Part shown: piece after piece, positions 12,341-24,583 of the stretch
How the letters are laid out: each line of letters starts with the position of its first letter
Position numbering within the stretch: the stretch's first letter is position 1
Origin: Octopus sinensis
Lineage: Eukaryota
DNA length: 64,000 bases
NCBI RefSeq assembly: GCF_006345805.1
Contig: NC_043005.1
Span: 124,001 to 188,000, forward strand
Direction: 5' to 3'
Notes under the pieces: generated by a model
The model's input: the letters and a program-made list of their open reading frames with translations, nothing else
Told to the model about the DNA's origin: nothing
The model's database searches: none
Translations under genes and position numbers: made by a program

Positions 12341-12510
12341 GTAAATTCTATCGTTGATTCTGTAATTCTATCGTAATAATCTATCGTTAATATATATATA
12401 TATCGTTAATTCTATCGTTAATTCTGTAATTCTATCGTAGTAATCTATCGTTAATATATATATATATATCGTTAATTCTCTCGTTAATTCTGTTTACATT
12501 CTGTTAATTC
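11957..12510 (+). repeat. Minisatellite in the LINE C 5' UTR: ~45-bp unit plus variable (TA)n
   Basis: Repeated TTCTATCGTTAATTCTGTAATTCTATCGTAATAATCTATCGTTAAT(AT)n. Confidence 0.9.
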
Positions 12511-12847
12511 CTTCTCTCTCTGTCTCTTCAGTTCTCTCCCTCACGCCTCTCCTTGTCTCTTCATTACTCTCTTCTTTCTTACTCTCCTCTTTCAGCTCTC
12601 AATCTCTCCTCTCTTCTTTCAGCTCTCAATCTCTCTTTAAGTACAGAGACGCTTTCTCTCTCTCCCTTCAGCTCTCAGTCTCTCCTCTTCCTCTTCTCTC
12701 TTACTCTCTTCTTTCGGCTCCCAATCTCTCCTTAAGTACATAGACGCTCTCTTTCTCTATTTCTTCCCTACACCCTATTGCACTATTAGATCAATATAAA
12801 TTAATATAATCAGATAGATAGATAGATAGATAGATAAAATATCAAGA

Positions 12848-13738
12848 ATGTCCAGGACTTGGAAAAGTGACGAACTGGCTTTGTTCCTGAGAGGATGGCA
12901 ATGCACTGACGGAGAAAATCCAAATAACATAATCACGGCTGCGCTGAAGAGCAGCGGATACAAAAGGACGTCAGCACAAATAGAGCGAAAGAAGCAAGAA
13001 TTTATACGCTCCTACGCACTTGTCAGATCGCACATTAACACGCTGGATGCCATCTTCGACAGCGAAAAACGCGAACAAAGTAAAGATGGCAAGGATGGAG
13101 ACGCGGGCGCTGATGAAAAAGGTCACCCCCACCTGGTAGACGCCCAGGAAGAAAACTCCAGTGAGAAACCTGCCCGGGAGGTAAACCCAAGTGCGGGTGC
13201 TCCTACCGGCACCAAAAGCTATGGACATGGAGATGAAAGAACCAAAAAAGGAGGAAAAACTAAAACTAAAAATCAGGCAAAACCAAAAAACGAAACAGCC
13301 AAGGATAGAAGCAAACCTAACTATCCGTATGCCAAAAAGGATGGAAACAAGCAGCGCACAAGGGTATGTAGGTTCTACCTGAGAGGTGCCTGCCGGCATG
13401 GAGAGGATGGTGCAGGCTGCCGTTTTGCTCATCCGGGACCCTGCCGCAGAAACCAACCACCGAAAGGAAAAGGGATGGACCACGCACCACCTGCCCCAAA
13501 ACGGAGGTACGCAGATGTGGTGCGGGCCACAGACCGCCAACCTGTTGTTGAAAGGGCAGCTGCTGAACAAGAATCTTTTTTGTGCATGGCACAAAAGATT
13601 GTACAGCAGCTAACCTGGCTCAATCAAACTCAAGCTCACAGATGGAACTACCCACAGTTCACAAGACCGCCACAGCAGATGGACCCAGGGTGGACACCAC
13701 CGGCAACACCATACACCTCACCTCGATGCTCCTACTGA
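12848..13738 (+). CDS. LINE ORF1 protein: Myb/SANT-like N-terminus + CCCH zinc finger
   Basis: MSRTWKSDELALFLRGW...LKSSGYKRTSAQIERKKQEFIRSY; CRFYLRGACRHGEDGAGCRFAH (C-x7-C-x8-C-x3-H). Confidence 0.85.
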   Translation: MSRTWKSDELALFLRGWQCTDGENPNNIITAALKSSGYKRTSAQIERKKQEFIRSYALVRSHINTLDAIFDSEKREQSKDGKDGDAGADEKGHPHLVDAQEENSSEKPAREVNPSAGAPTGTKSYGHGDERTKKGGKTKTKNQAKPKNETAKDRSKPNYPYAKKDGNKQRTRVCRFYLRGACRHGEDGAGCRFAHPGPCRRNQPPKGKGMDHAPPAPKRRYADVVRATDRQPVVERAAAEQESFLCMAQKIVQQLTWLNQTQAHRWNYPQFTRPPQQMDPGWTPPATPYTSPRCSY

Positions 13739-16686
13739 ACATCAGAGGACTACTAACACACAGTAACAGGACAAAAGTCCCGTTCTTGAGAGACTTTGTT
13801 GCATGCAATCAAGCCTTATGCATAGCACTTACGGAAACACACCTGAAACCGGACATAGCGGATGCGGAATTACACATACCACAGTATGTTGTACTACGGA
13901 CCGACAGAAAAGAAAGGAGTCATGGAGGAGTTGCTATGTACATCCGTGAGGACCTCACACCCCAGGTCCTTTTGTCATACTCAAACTCGGTGTGTGACAC
14001 ACTAATTGTACATGTAAGGCAACTTGGTGTAGTTGTGTGTGCTACATATCGCCCTCCAGATGCCCCAAGCCATGTGGGCAAGTTTGAGGACTGCCTTATA
14101 AAAATAGAAGAAGTTCTAGTCACACTAGAACAGCACATAAGTGTACTTCTCATGGGAGACTTCAACCTACCCAATGTCAGATGGCCCGAGGGCTTTTCTC
14201 TCCCAGGAATGACACGATGTGAACGGGGACAGGCGAGGTCCCTCCTGAACCTCATCAACACCCTGTACATGGAGCAAGTAATACTCCAACCAACCAGGGC
14301 AGGTAACACACTGGATCTCTGCTTCACAAATAATATGGATCTCATCCATAATGTGAAAGTGACACCGACACTACTCTCGGATCACAATATGGTAGAGCTG
14401 ACCATGTACGGGCCAAAGGAAAGCATGGGCATGCAGCCTACAAGAAACTCTCAGAATCTTTCCAGCTTGAACTTCAATAAGGCAAACTGGAAACAAATTG
14501 AGAAAGAGATCCTCAAACAAAACTGGCCTGAATGTCTCTCCTCGCCGGACATCGACATGAAACTTCAACAATTCATGTCTGTAATGCAAGCCATATGCTA
14601 CAAGTGTGTCCCAGAGAGAAAGGCCACTGTACACAAGAACAAAATCCCCAGAGAGAGGAAAATTTTAATGAGACGGCGTACAAAAATTTCAAATCGCCTA
14701 AACAAAGAAATTGAAAGCAGTGAAAAGTCCCGCCTGAAAATAAAACTATTGGAAATTGAGAAATGTCTGCAACTCTCCCATGAAAAGGAAAGAGCAGACA
14801 AAGAAGCCTGGGCTATAGACAACATAAAAACAAACCCCAGAGCTTTCTACAGGTATGCCAAAGAAACAGCTACGGTGCACTGTAGGATAGGGCCACTCCT
14901 TGAAAAGGATGGCACACTCACAGGAAAACCAATGAGGGTAAGTGAAATACTGAATGAGCAATTCAAGAGTGTTTTCACTCCACCCCTTGGGCATTTCCAA
15001 ATCAGCAATCCAACTGACTTCTTTACCACTGCAGGTATAAAATCAGAGGCGGCGACGATAAATTACATCGATATAAAGGAAGACGATGTAACCAAGGCTA
15101 TAGATGAAATGAAAACAGACTCAGCTACTGGCCCCGATGGATTCCCGGCAATCCTCCTAAAAGTATGTAAGAGAGTCCTAGCAAGACCACTGCAGTTCCT
15201 CTTTCAGAGCTTCCTTGCAGCTGGCAAACTTCCAAGAAAACTGAAGGAAGGTAAAATATGCCCTATTCATAAAGGAGGTAGCAGAGCGGAGGCCAAGAAC
15301 TACAGACCTATCTCTCTCACCTCACACATCAGCAAGGTCATGGAACGAATAGTCAGAAGGAAACTAATCACCTTCCTTGAAGAAAATGACTTGCTGCCTG
15401 ACACCCAACATGGTTTCCGACCAGGAAGTAGCTGCTTAACTCAGCTCCTACAACACTATGACTGGGTGCTGAAACAACTGCTCAACCACTCAAATGTGGA
15501 AGTCATATATCTCGACTTTGCAAAGGCCTTTGATAATTTCGATCATGGAATGATATGTCACAAACTGCGTGATCTTGGCATAGTTGGAAAATTGGGAGAA
15601 TGGCTTCATGACTTTCTGAAGAATAGAAGTCAGGTGGTAACAGCCAATGGGGCCACTTCCATTAACACGCAAATAATGAGCGGTGTTCCGCAGGGCACTG
15701 TTTTGGGACCACTACTGTTCATAATGGCCCTCACAGACATGCCCTCAGCCACGCAGAGAGCTACGATCACAAGTTATGCAGATGATACAAAAGTTTCACA
15801 GGCAATACAGAACCCTGAGGACACTAAGCACCTGCAATGTGAGCTGGACGAAATATACAAGTGGGCTGAAAAGAATAGCATGCAGTTCAATGCTGAAAAG
15901 TTTCAAGCTTTATACTATCAGCATGCAAAACTGAATGCAATACCCAATGAATACACTGGACCCGGAGGGATTGCAATCCCAGAGGCACAATCAGTGCGTG
16001 ACCTGGGTATTCACATGAGTGATGACGCGACCTTTCATGTACATGTTGCTAAACTGGCAATGAAATGTAGACGGCTGGCTGGATGGATTCTTAGAACCTT
16101 CAGAACAAGAGAACAAGAAACCATGATGGTCCTCTGGAAGACACTTGTCCTAAGCCACTTTGACTATTGCTCTCAGCTATGGTCACGATCCAGTGTCAAG
16201 ATGATCACAGAACTTGAGGCGATCCAACGAAGCTACACGAAGAAGATAGCCTCTGTGCAGCATATGAGCTACTGGGAAAGACTCAAGAGATTAAAGCTCT
16301 ATTCGCTGGAGCGTAGGCGAGAAAGATATGCCATAATATACATCTGGAAGATCCTAGAAGGACTTGTCCCAAACTTTGGCATCGAGAGTCACACAAATGC
16401 CAGAACCGGGCGCCATTGCGTAATACCAAGGACTCCAAATTTGCCATCAAGATGTAGGACAAGATATTGTGATAGCCTGGGCTTCAGAGGCCCACAGCTC
16501 GTCAATATCCTCCCAAAGAACCTGAGGGACCTGCATGGTGTAGATGCGGATGTCTTTAAAGTAGGACTGGACCTCTTCCTGTCAGGTGCCCCGGATGAAC
16601 CAACTTCACGGCAGGAGGTGCAGATGAGGGCAGCTGCATCGAACTCTCTCATGCATCAGATGGCGTTTGCTAAAAAGCATCCGTGA
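13726..16686 (+). CDS. LINE ORF2: APE endonuclease + reverse transcriptase (intact)
   Basis: The frame is open from 13582. Likely start ATG 13726 (MLLLNIRGL) overlaps the end of ORF1. Motifs [55 protein letters not shown]. Confidence 0.95.
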   Translation: MLLLNIRGLLTHSNRTKVPFLRDFVACNQALCIALTETHLKPDIADAELHIPQYVVLRTDRKERSHGGVAMYIREDLTPQVLLSYSNSVCDTLIVHVRQLGVVVCATYRPPDAPSHVGKFEDCLIKIEEVLVTLEQHISVLLMGDFNLPNVRWPEGFSLPGMTRCERGQARSLLNLINTLYMEQVILQPTRAGNTLDLCFTNNMDLIHNVKVTPTLLSDHNMVELTMYGPKESMGMQPTRNSQNLSSLNFNKANWKQIEKEILKQNWPECLSSPDIDMKLQQFMSVMQAICYKCVPERKATVHKNKIPRERKILMRRRTKISNRLNKEIESSEKSRLKIKLLEIEKCLQLSHEKERADKEAWAIDNIKTNPRAFYRYAKETATVHCRIGPLLEKDGTLTGKPMRVSEILNEQFKSVFTPPLGHFQISNPTDFFTTAGIKSEAATINYIDIKEDDVTKAIDEMKTDSATGPDGFPAILLKVCKRVLARPLQFLFQSFLAAGKLPRKLKEGKICPIHKGGSRAEAKNYRPISLTSHISKVMERIVRRKLITFLEENDLLPDTQHGFRPGSSCLTQLLQHYDWVLKQLLNHSNVEVIYLDFAKAFDNFDHGMICHKLRDLGIVGKLGEWLHDFLKNRSQVVTANGATSINTQIMSGVPQGTVLGPLLFIMALTDMPSATQRATITSYADDTKVSQAIQNPEDTKHLQCELDEIYKWAEKNSMQFNAEKFQALYYQHAKLNAIPNEYTGPGGIAIPEAQSVRDLGIHMSDDATFHVHVAKLAMKCRRLAGWILRTFRTREQETMMVLWKTLVLSHFDYCSQLWSRSSVKMITELEAIQRSYTKKIASVQHMSYWERLKRLKLYSLERRRERYAIIYIWKILEGLVPNFGIESHTNARTGRHCVIPRTPNLPSRCRTRYCDSLGFRGPQLVNILPKNLRDLHGVDADVFKVGLDLFLSGAPDEPTSRQEVQMRAAASNSLMHQMAFAKKHP

Positions 16687-16799
16687 GGTAAAATCGTGTA
16701 GCAAACAATATGGCGGTGCCCCAGCATGGCCACAGCTCATTAGCTGAAACTGGAAGAATCAAAATCAAATCATATATATATATATATTTATATATGTAC

Positions 16800-16846
<47 letters not shown>

Positions 16847-16847
<1 letters not shown>

Positions 16848-17079
16848 CCGGGGGGGAGTGCCTGTCTATCTGTCTCTGTTTATCTCCACCTCTCATGGAT
16901 TGATAACTGAAGCTGATGTGTTTACATCCCTGTCACGTAGCGGTTCGCCAAAAGAATCTGATGGAATAAGTACTATGCTTACCAATAATAAGTCTTGGCG
17001 TCTATTTGTTCGCCTATGTGCGGTGCCACAGCATGGCCGTAGTCAAGTTACTGAGAAAAGTAAAAGAATAAAAGGATAT

Positions 17080-17117
<38 letters not shown>

Positions 17118-17359
17118 ACACACATACATATATATATATATTTGTATTTCTGTCTGTGTGTTTGTCCCCCACCTTCACTTCAGAACCGTTGTTGGTGTTT
17201 CTACTTCCCCGTAAATTAGCGGTTCGGCTAAACAGATCGAGAGAATAAGAACTAGGCCTACAGAGAATAAATTCTGGCTTCTATTTCTTCGTCTAAAAGC
17301 AGTGCTCCTGCATGGCCGCAGTCCGTGATTGTAATAACTGAAACACATAAAAGATTACA

Positions 17360-17397
<38 letters not shown>

Positions 17398-20300
17398 GGC
17401 GTCATTGTTACTGAAATCTTTATATTGATAAACAGGTAAGGAATGTGTGCATACACCCACCCACATACAATGGCTTCGTTGTTATGGAGATCTTTATATT
17501 GATAAATCTAATGATCTCGTTGCATTTGCAAACAGTATATCTTTCCCTAAGCAGGAAGGCTAAACTCTGGAGCTTGACGTTCTGATTGGACCAAGTGGTG
17601 TCCTGGTTGTGCATCAAGCATCAGGTTTAAATTTTATTCATACTTTATTATTTTTGTTTGTTTGTTACTTTGGTCTACGTGTTTTTCAAATCTGGGCTTC
17701 GTTTCCGGCCTAGGGTTACACAATTTCTGCATATTTTCTTTATGAAACTTTACTCCTTTTATTCGTTCCTTTTTTCTTTTTCGTTTTGCTCTCTTCTGTT
17801 TTCTATTTTTTCTTTTTAAGTCTCTTATTCTCTTTGTTTTTTGTTTTTTTGTTTTTTTGTTTTTACCTGACACACACTTAACCGGTTGAATGGAACTTCT
17901 CACAGCATCTTCCGTTTCACTTTCCGTACCAACTTTCATTCCTGCAATTTATACTATTTCCAGATTAACGTTCTGCTAGGAAACAAAGACGAATTCTCAG
18001 AAATTCATTGTCTTCAGCTCCCTATCTTCTCAGATTCTCACACATAAACTGCACTGAACTTTATATATTTTTCATTGGCTTTCGTAATTTTATTCACAGT
18101 TCTTATTCACATGAAACCGCTTATGATTCTACCAATAAATATTTCTGAAAACCCCTCTTTCCTGACGGATGGTTGCGGTCAGCTAAATGTCGTAATCTCT
18201 CCGTTTTGTAATCAAATAGAGGAGATTCAATTCAAGGGAGACATGTTTTAGTTTCAAATATTTTTGACTTGCAAATTGTTGCATGGAATCCCTTCTCGAT
18301 GACGCGTACCCTAAAACGCATGGATTAAATCAACTCTTCCGTCTTCTTCACTAAGCCTTTCACATAACTAAATCTTTCTTGGTGGAATTTGAATATTTAA
18401 ACTGAATATAGGACTAGATATTCATCTGAGACGCTTGATAGCTTTCCTCTCTGTAGACAGCGTTGTATAATTAACGAGCGGAGAATAACTAGGAAAATAC
18501 TCCATTCCGTGTTTCCTCCTCTCGTAATAGAAGCGTCGGGTGGCTGTCATGATACACGGATAGTCTTGGACATTCAAACCATACTGGTTCATGTGTTTCA
18601 CGAACTCTGACAGAAACAGAATCCTTGCAGTGAGGAAGAAAAGGAGGCAGAGAGATGAGAATCGGCACAAAGAAGGGAATTAGTAATTTATCGATAATGA
18701 AACAGCGAAAGGCATAAGTGGCCTGAGAGATGAGATTCGGACAAGAATGTAGAGAAAAGGAAAGACTACACAAGAAATTCTGTTGCATGCCAAACCGATG
18801 CCAATGTTTGCTAATAGTAATGGTGCAGTGGAACATAACATATATAGCAGGGTCACTAGCATAGCTGGCGTGGAGCGGTAAGTTTGGTCCGCCAGGGTGG
18901 CACTTTTAAAGGGGTCTGGATGCGGCAAACGTAGGGGCCACCCCGGGCAGCACACATTCTAGCTCCGTTAGTGAGCACGGTGTATACATTTTATTTATAT
19001 AATAGTAATGGAAGCACTTGAGTTTAGAAAGTAATCCGTGCTCCGTGTGGCAGATCTGATCCTAATAAAGCGGTAATTACGAAAGGTCTGTATTTCTAGG
19101 AACAATGGAGGCAGTTCTGAGAATCTGGCTCCGAAATATCGTTTGCCGTGTGTTGGGAGAAACTGTTGGAAAGTTTCGACTCACTCGCATAGGAAAGAAT
19201 TTATGTGAGAGAAACGCAACTATTTGTATAGACATAAAAATCAATAATAATTTATAAGCTAGGCAAAGAATGCCTACAGAAATAAACACACATTGGGAGC
19301 GCCCTGTATTGAGCCTCTTTATGTTGAAGCATCTGCAGACGTATGACAAGTGGTGAAACATCATTTCACTATGGCAATATGAAATGGAAATATTTATCGA
19401 CTTCCTACACACACAGTAGTAAAACTCATGATCTCAAGAACGACTCGTTGCAAACAAACACAGGTGGAGTCACCTGCTCTACCTCACCAATGCCTTAGTC
19501 AAGGAACAAGTTATACTCAGACCAACTAGGGAAAATAACATTTTGGATCTCTGCTTCACAATCAATATAGACATCATTCATGATGTGAAAGTTACGCCGA
19601 CATTAGTCTCGGATCACAACATAATAGAGCTTTCTATATTTGGGCCGAAAGTAGCCAGAGGCATACAGCCAAAAGGAAGCACCCGAAATCTCTCCAATCG
19701 GAACTTCCACAAAGTAGACTGGAAACCGATCCAAAAAGAGATCCGCAGACAACTGTCCGAAATGTCTCTCGGCACCAGACGTTGGCATGAAACTAGAATA
19801 TTTCATGTCTGTTATGCAAGCCATATGCCAGAAATATGTTCCAGAGCACAAGGCCACAACAAATAGGAACAAGATTCCAAAGGAGAGGAAGATTCTCATG
19901 AGACGACGGACGAAGGTTGCAAATCGCCTCAACCAACATGCCAAAAGTAGTGAAAGGTCCCGCCTAAAAACAACACTGATGTAGATTGGAAAAAGCTTGC
20001 AACAATTTTATGAGAGGGAGAGAGCAGACAAAGAAGCCTGGGTTAGTAAAAACATTAAGTGAAATCCAAAGACCTTCTTTCATTACGCCACAGAAACAGC
20101 ATCAATACACCGCAAGATAGGATCCCTCTTCCTAAAGGATGGCACCCTCACAGAAAGCCCAACCAGGATCAGTGAGGTACTGAATGACCAATTCAAAAGT
20201 GTCTTTATCACTCCGTTGGAACACAGACAAGTGAATCAACCGGTGGACTTTTTTTGCCGCCTCACCTATAACCAGCGAGGCAATTACGTTGGGATACATC

Positions 20301-22352
20301 GACATCAGCGAAGAAGATTTACTAACCATAGATGAAGTGGACGCAAATTCAACTGATTGTCCTGATGGTTTACCAGCAATCCTCCTCAAATCGTGTAAGC
20401 ATGCCCTGGCAAAACCCCTCCAGATTTTCTTCCAGAGCTTTCTTGCAAATGGCAGACTGCCAAGCAAGCTGAAGGAGGGAATAATATGCCCAGTCAACAA
20501 AGGAAGCAGAGCAGATGCCAAAAACTATTGGCATATCTCTCTGACTTCACACATCAGCAAAGTCATGGAACAGATCGTCAGAGGGAAACCAATTGCATAC
20601 CTTGAAGAAAATGATTTATTGAGTGATACCCAGCATGACTTTCGAACAGGTAGGAGCTGCCTGACCCAGCTCTTACAACATTATGAATTGGTGTCGAGGC
20701 AGTTACTCAACAACTCAAATGTGGACATAACATACCTTGATGTCGCAAAAGCTGTTGATTAGGGTATAATATGCAACAAACTGCGAATTCTCGGCATAGC
20801 TGGAAAACTTGTAGAGTGGTTACATGACTTTCTGAAAGATAGAAGTCAGGAAGTAGTGGCCAATAGCGCCTCCTCAACGAAAACACAAATAGTGAGCGGT
20901 GTTCCACAGGGCACTGTCTTGGCACTGCTGCTTTTCATAGTGGCCCTCTTAGATATGCCCTCAACTGCCCGGATAGCTACCCTTGCAAGGTACGCAGACG
21001 ATACGAATGTCTCGTAGAAAATACAGAAGCCCAGCAATGTTGCACACCTGCAGCAGGAGATGACCTCAATTTACAGATGGGCTGAGGATAATAATATGCA
21101 GTTAAATGCTGAAAAATTCCAAGCCCTGCGCTACCAGCATCCAAAACTGAATATGAAACTTACAGGGTACACTGGTCCACAGGGAATTTCAATCCCAGAG
21201 CCTAAGTCAATGAAGGACCTGGGTATCGACACGTGTGATGATACCGGTTTTCAAGGCACATTACCAGGATGGTGACAAAGTGCAGGCGACTGACTCGATG
21301 GATCCTGAGAATATTCAGAACGAGGGAGAAGGAAACCATGATGGTCCTCTGGAGGACATTCTTCTCCAGCCGCATGGATTCCTGCTTCCAGCTATGGTCA
21401 CCCAACAGTGTAAAATTAACAGCGGACCTTGAAGCAATCCAGCGAAGCTTCACAAAGAATATGGTCTCATTGCAACAGCTCAGCTAATTGGAAAGGCTGC
21501 AACAGCTAAGACTCTACTCCCTGAAGCTAAGGCGGGAGAGGTATTCAGTAATATATACATCTGGAAGATCCTGGAAGGAATTGTGCCAAATTTTGGCATT
21601 GGAAGCTACATCAATGCAAAGAACGGGTCGACACTGTACAGTGCCAAATATCCCAGCAATGCCATCGAGCTTCAGGACCAGTTACTGCAACAACCTGTGT
21701 TTCGGGGGCCCACATCTTGTTTAATATTCTCCCAAAGTACCTGAGGAATCTGCACAAAGTAAATGTAGGCGTTTTTCAATCAAAGCTGGACGTCTTCCTG
21801 TCGAGAGTCCCAGATGAACGTACCTCAAGGCAAGAGGTGCAAATGAGGGTAGCTATATCAAACTCCATTCTAAACCAAGTGGCATATATTAGAGGAGGAT
21901 CTCAGTAATCAGTGTAGCAAAACAGCGGTGCTCCAACATGGCCACAGCAATGAGCTGAAATTATAAAAATGTATGTACATATTTTATATATATATATATA
22001 TATATGTATGTATAAAAGCGCATGGCTCAGTGGTTAGAGCGTCGAGCTTACGATCGTGAGGTTGGGAGCTCGAATCCCGGACCGGGCTGCGTGTTGTGTT
22101 CTTGAGCAAGGCACTTTATTTCACGTTGCTCCAGTTCACTCAGCTGTAGAAATGAGTTGCGACGTCACTGGTGCCAATCTGTATCGACCTTTGTCTTTCC
22201 TTTGGATAACACTGGTGGCTTGGAGAGGGGAGGCTGGTATGCATGGGCGACTGCTGGTCTTCCATAAACAACCTTGCCCGGACTTGTATCTAGGAGGGTA
22301 ACATTCTAGGTGCAATCCCATGGTCATTCATGACCGAAGGGGGTCTTTACCC

Positions 22353-22357
<5 letters not shown>
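16847..22357 (+). repeat. Composite tandem unit U, copy 2 (includes LINE D ~19400-21970)
   Basis: Colinear with copy 1 and shares inactivating stops in LINE D. Confidence 0.95.
22018..22357 (+). mobile_element. tRNA-derived SINE with CORE/Meta-like domain, copy 2
   Basis: Near-identical to 11070-11408; B box GCTCGAATCC. Confidence 0.8.
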
Positions 22358-22402
<45 letters not shown>

Positions 22403-22479
22403 AATACTTATATATATATATATATGTATATACATATATATATTTATATATATATATGTATATACATATATATATATAT

Positions 22480-23980
22480 GTCTGTTGTCCCAGTTTTCAA
22501 AAAGGGAAACAAGTCCCTTGCAGTGAACTACCGTCCGATCTCACTCACCTCTCATATCATCAAGGTATTTGAGAGGGTGGTGAGATCTCGAATAACCCAA
22601 TTACTGGAAAGCAACAGACGGCTGATCTCCAACCAACATGGGTTCCGTAATGGAAGGGACTGCCTAACGCAGCTCCTGCATCACTTTGATGACATTTTGA
22701 GAGCTTTGGGAGAGGGCTCCAACACCGATGTCATCTACCTTGATTTCAGTAAGGCCTTCGACAGGGTCGATCACAAGATCCTATTGAAAAAACTATCCAA
22801 CATTGGTGTCTCTGGAAAGTTACTGAAATGGATCAAGTGTTTCCTGACAGACAGATCTCAACATGTTGTAGTTGAAGGGGTAAAATCAAGCCCAGCCAAA
22901 GTCAGTAGTGGCGTTCCGCAAGGCACTGTGCTGGGCCCACTTCTTTTCATCATTTACATTAATGACATTAATGACATCATCAAGCACAGCAACATAAAAA
23001 TCTTTGCAGATGATTCCAAGCTACAGAAGGTCATAAATGAGGCGAATGACCGGACATGCCTTCAGTCAGATCTACTGGCTGTTATCCAATGGGCAGAAAA
23101 AAACAATATGCTGCTGAACGAGGATAAATTTGAGTTAATCCACTTTGGAAAAGAGGATGCCCTGAAACTCCCATACTCCCTTCCTTCAGGTGAAACTCTC
23201 GCGGCATCCAACAACATCAGAGACTTGGGAGTAATTGTGGACAACAACATAAGCTGGGCCACTCATATAAGCACCAAAGTTGACATGGCCCGCAGAATGT
23301 GTTCCTGGATTCTCACAATTTTCCAGTCGAGAGATATCCACACCATTATCCTTCTCTTCTCCACTTTTGCCCGACCCCACCTTGAATACTGTTGTCCACT
23401 GTGGTCTCCCCACACAATACAAGGTATCATAAAGGTTGAAGCACCTCAAAGGGCAATCACAAAAAAGATAGATGGCATGACAGGCCTCAACTATTGGGGT
23501 CGACTAGAAAAGCTGAAACTTTATTCTCTCCAACGTCGTCGTGAGCGCTACATCATCTGCATGATGTGGAAAATATTCCATCAGCATTGCCAAAATGATG
23601 TTGGCATCACCTTTAAGGTACATCCAAGGCTTGGGCCCCGTGCCATCCGCCCAAAACAAAAATCGCACTCTCATCTCATAACAACAATACGGCACAATTA
23701 TTTCACCTCAATTGGCGCCGCTCTCTTTAACATTACACCAAAACACATTAAAACAGAAACTGACCCTATAGGGTTCAAGAAGTCTTTGGACAGATTCCTT
23801 CAAGAAATCCCGGATAAACCCCCTACACCCGGATATGTCTCTGTAAACAATAACTCTCTACATGAGTGGGCCATAGTGCCCAAATTCTGACTTGAAAGAC
23901 TTCACCAGGTGGTGCTATTAAGTTGGACATGGCCTGGGCCAATAATGGCCGAAACCTATCAAAGTATCAAAGTATCAAAG

Positions 23981-23983
<3 letters not shown>
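22480..23983 (+). mobile_element. 5'-truncated CR1-type LINE, family B (copy B3), RT frame open
   Basis: ORF 22424-23890 is RT fused in frame to the TA tract. Nearly identical to the reverse complement of 783-2290. (TATCAAAG)3 tail. (TA)n at both junctions. Confidence 0.95.
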
Positions 23984-24067
<84 letters not shown>

Positions 24068-24084
24068 ATGTATGTATGTATATA

Positions 24085-24149
24085 CATAAGGTTAATCCAA
24101 ACGAGAAAACAGAAAAAGACAACAACACAAAGAGGTGGAACAATTAAAG

Positions 24150-24151
<2 letters not shown>
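24085..24151. repeat. Module M, copy 3
   Basis: Same 67-bp sequence; here the TA spacer to unit U is uninterrupted. Confidence 0.9.
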
Positions 24152-24192
<41 letters not shown>

Positions 24193-24212
24193 CATACATA
24201 CATATATATATG

Positions 24213-24259
<47 letters not shown>

Positions 24260-24261
24260 GA

Positions 24262-24491
24262 CCGGGGGGAGTGTCTGTCTATCTGTCTCTGTTTATCTCC
24301 ACCTCTCATCGATTGATAACTGAAGCTGATGTGTTTACATCCCTGTCACGTAGCGGTTCGCCAAAAGAATCTGCTGGAATAAGTACTATGCCTACCAAGA
24401 ATAAGTCTTGGCGTCTATTTGTTCGCCTATGTGCGGTGCCTCAGCATGGCCGTAGTCAAGTTACTGAGAAAGTAAAAGAATAAAAGAATAT

Positions 24492-24583
<92 letters not shown>

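Larger units (their letters stand above)
11586..16771 (+). mobile_element. Full-length CR1-type LINE, family C, both ORFs intact
   Basis: Long 5' UTR, ORF1 of 296 aa, ORF2 open without stops, 3' stem-loop CATGGCCACAGCTCATTAGCTGAAAC, (AATCAA) tail, (TA)n on both flanks. The 5' boundary is inferred from the end of the TA tract. Confidence 0.92.

Noticed and set aside
11957-12510. CRISPR-like repeat-spacer pattern
   Set aside because: The spacers are TA microsatellites, there are no cas genes, and the context is eukaryotic.
12971-13594. 207-aa antisense ORF over LINE ORF1, and other antisense ORFs over ORF2
   Set aside because: Shadow frames of A-rich coding sequence; no motifs.
23928-23960. 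Hairpin followed by GAAAC at LINE 3' ends, resembling a hammerhead
   Set aside because: No CUGANGA core and no stem I or stem III; better explained as the LINE/SINE 3' recognition stem-loop.
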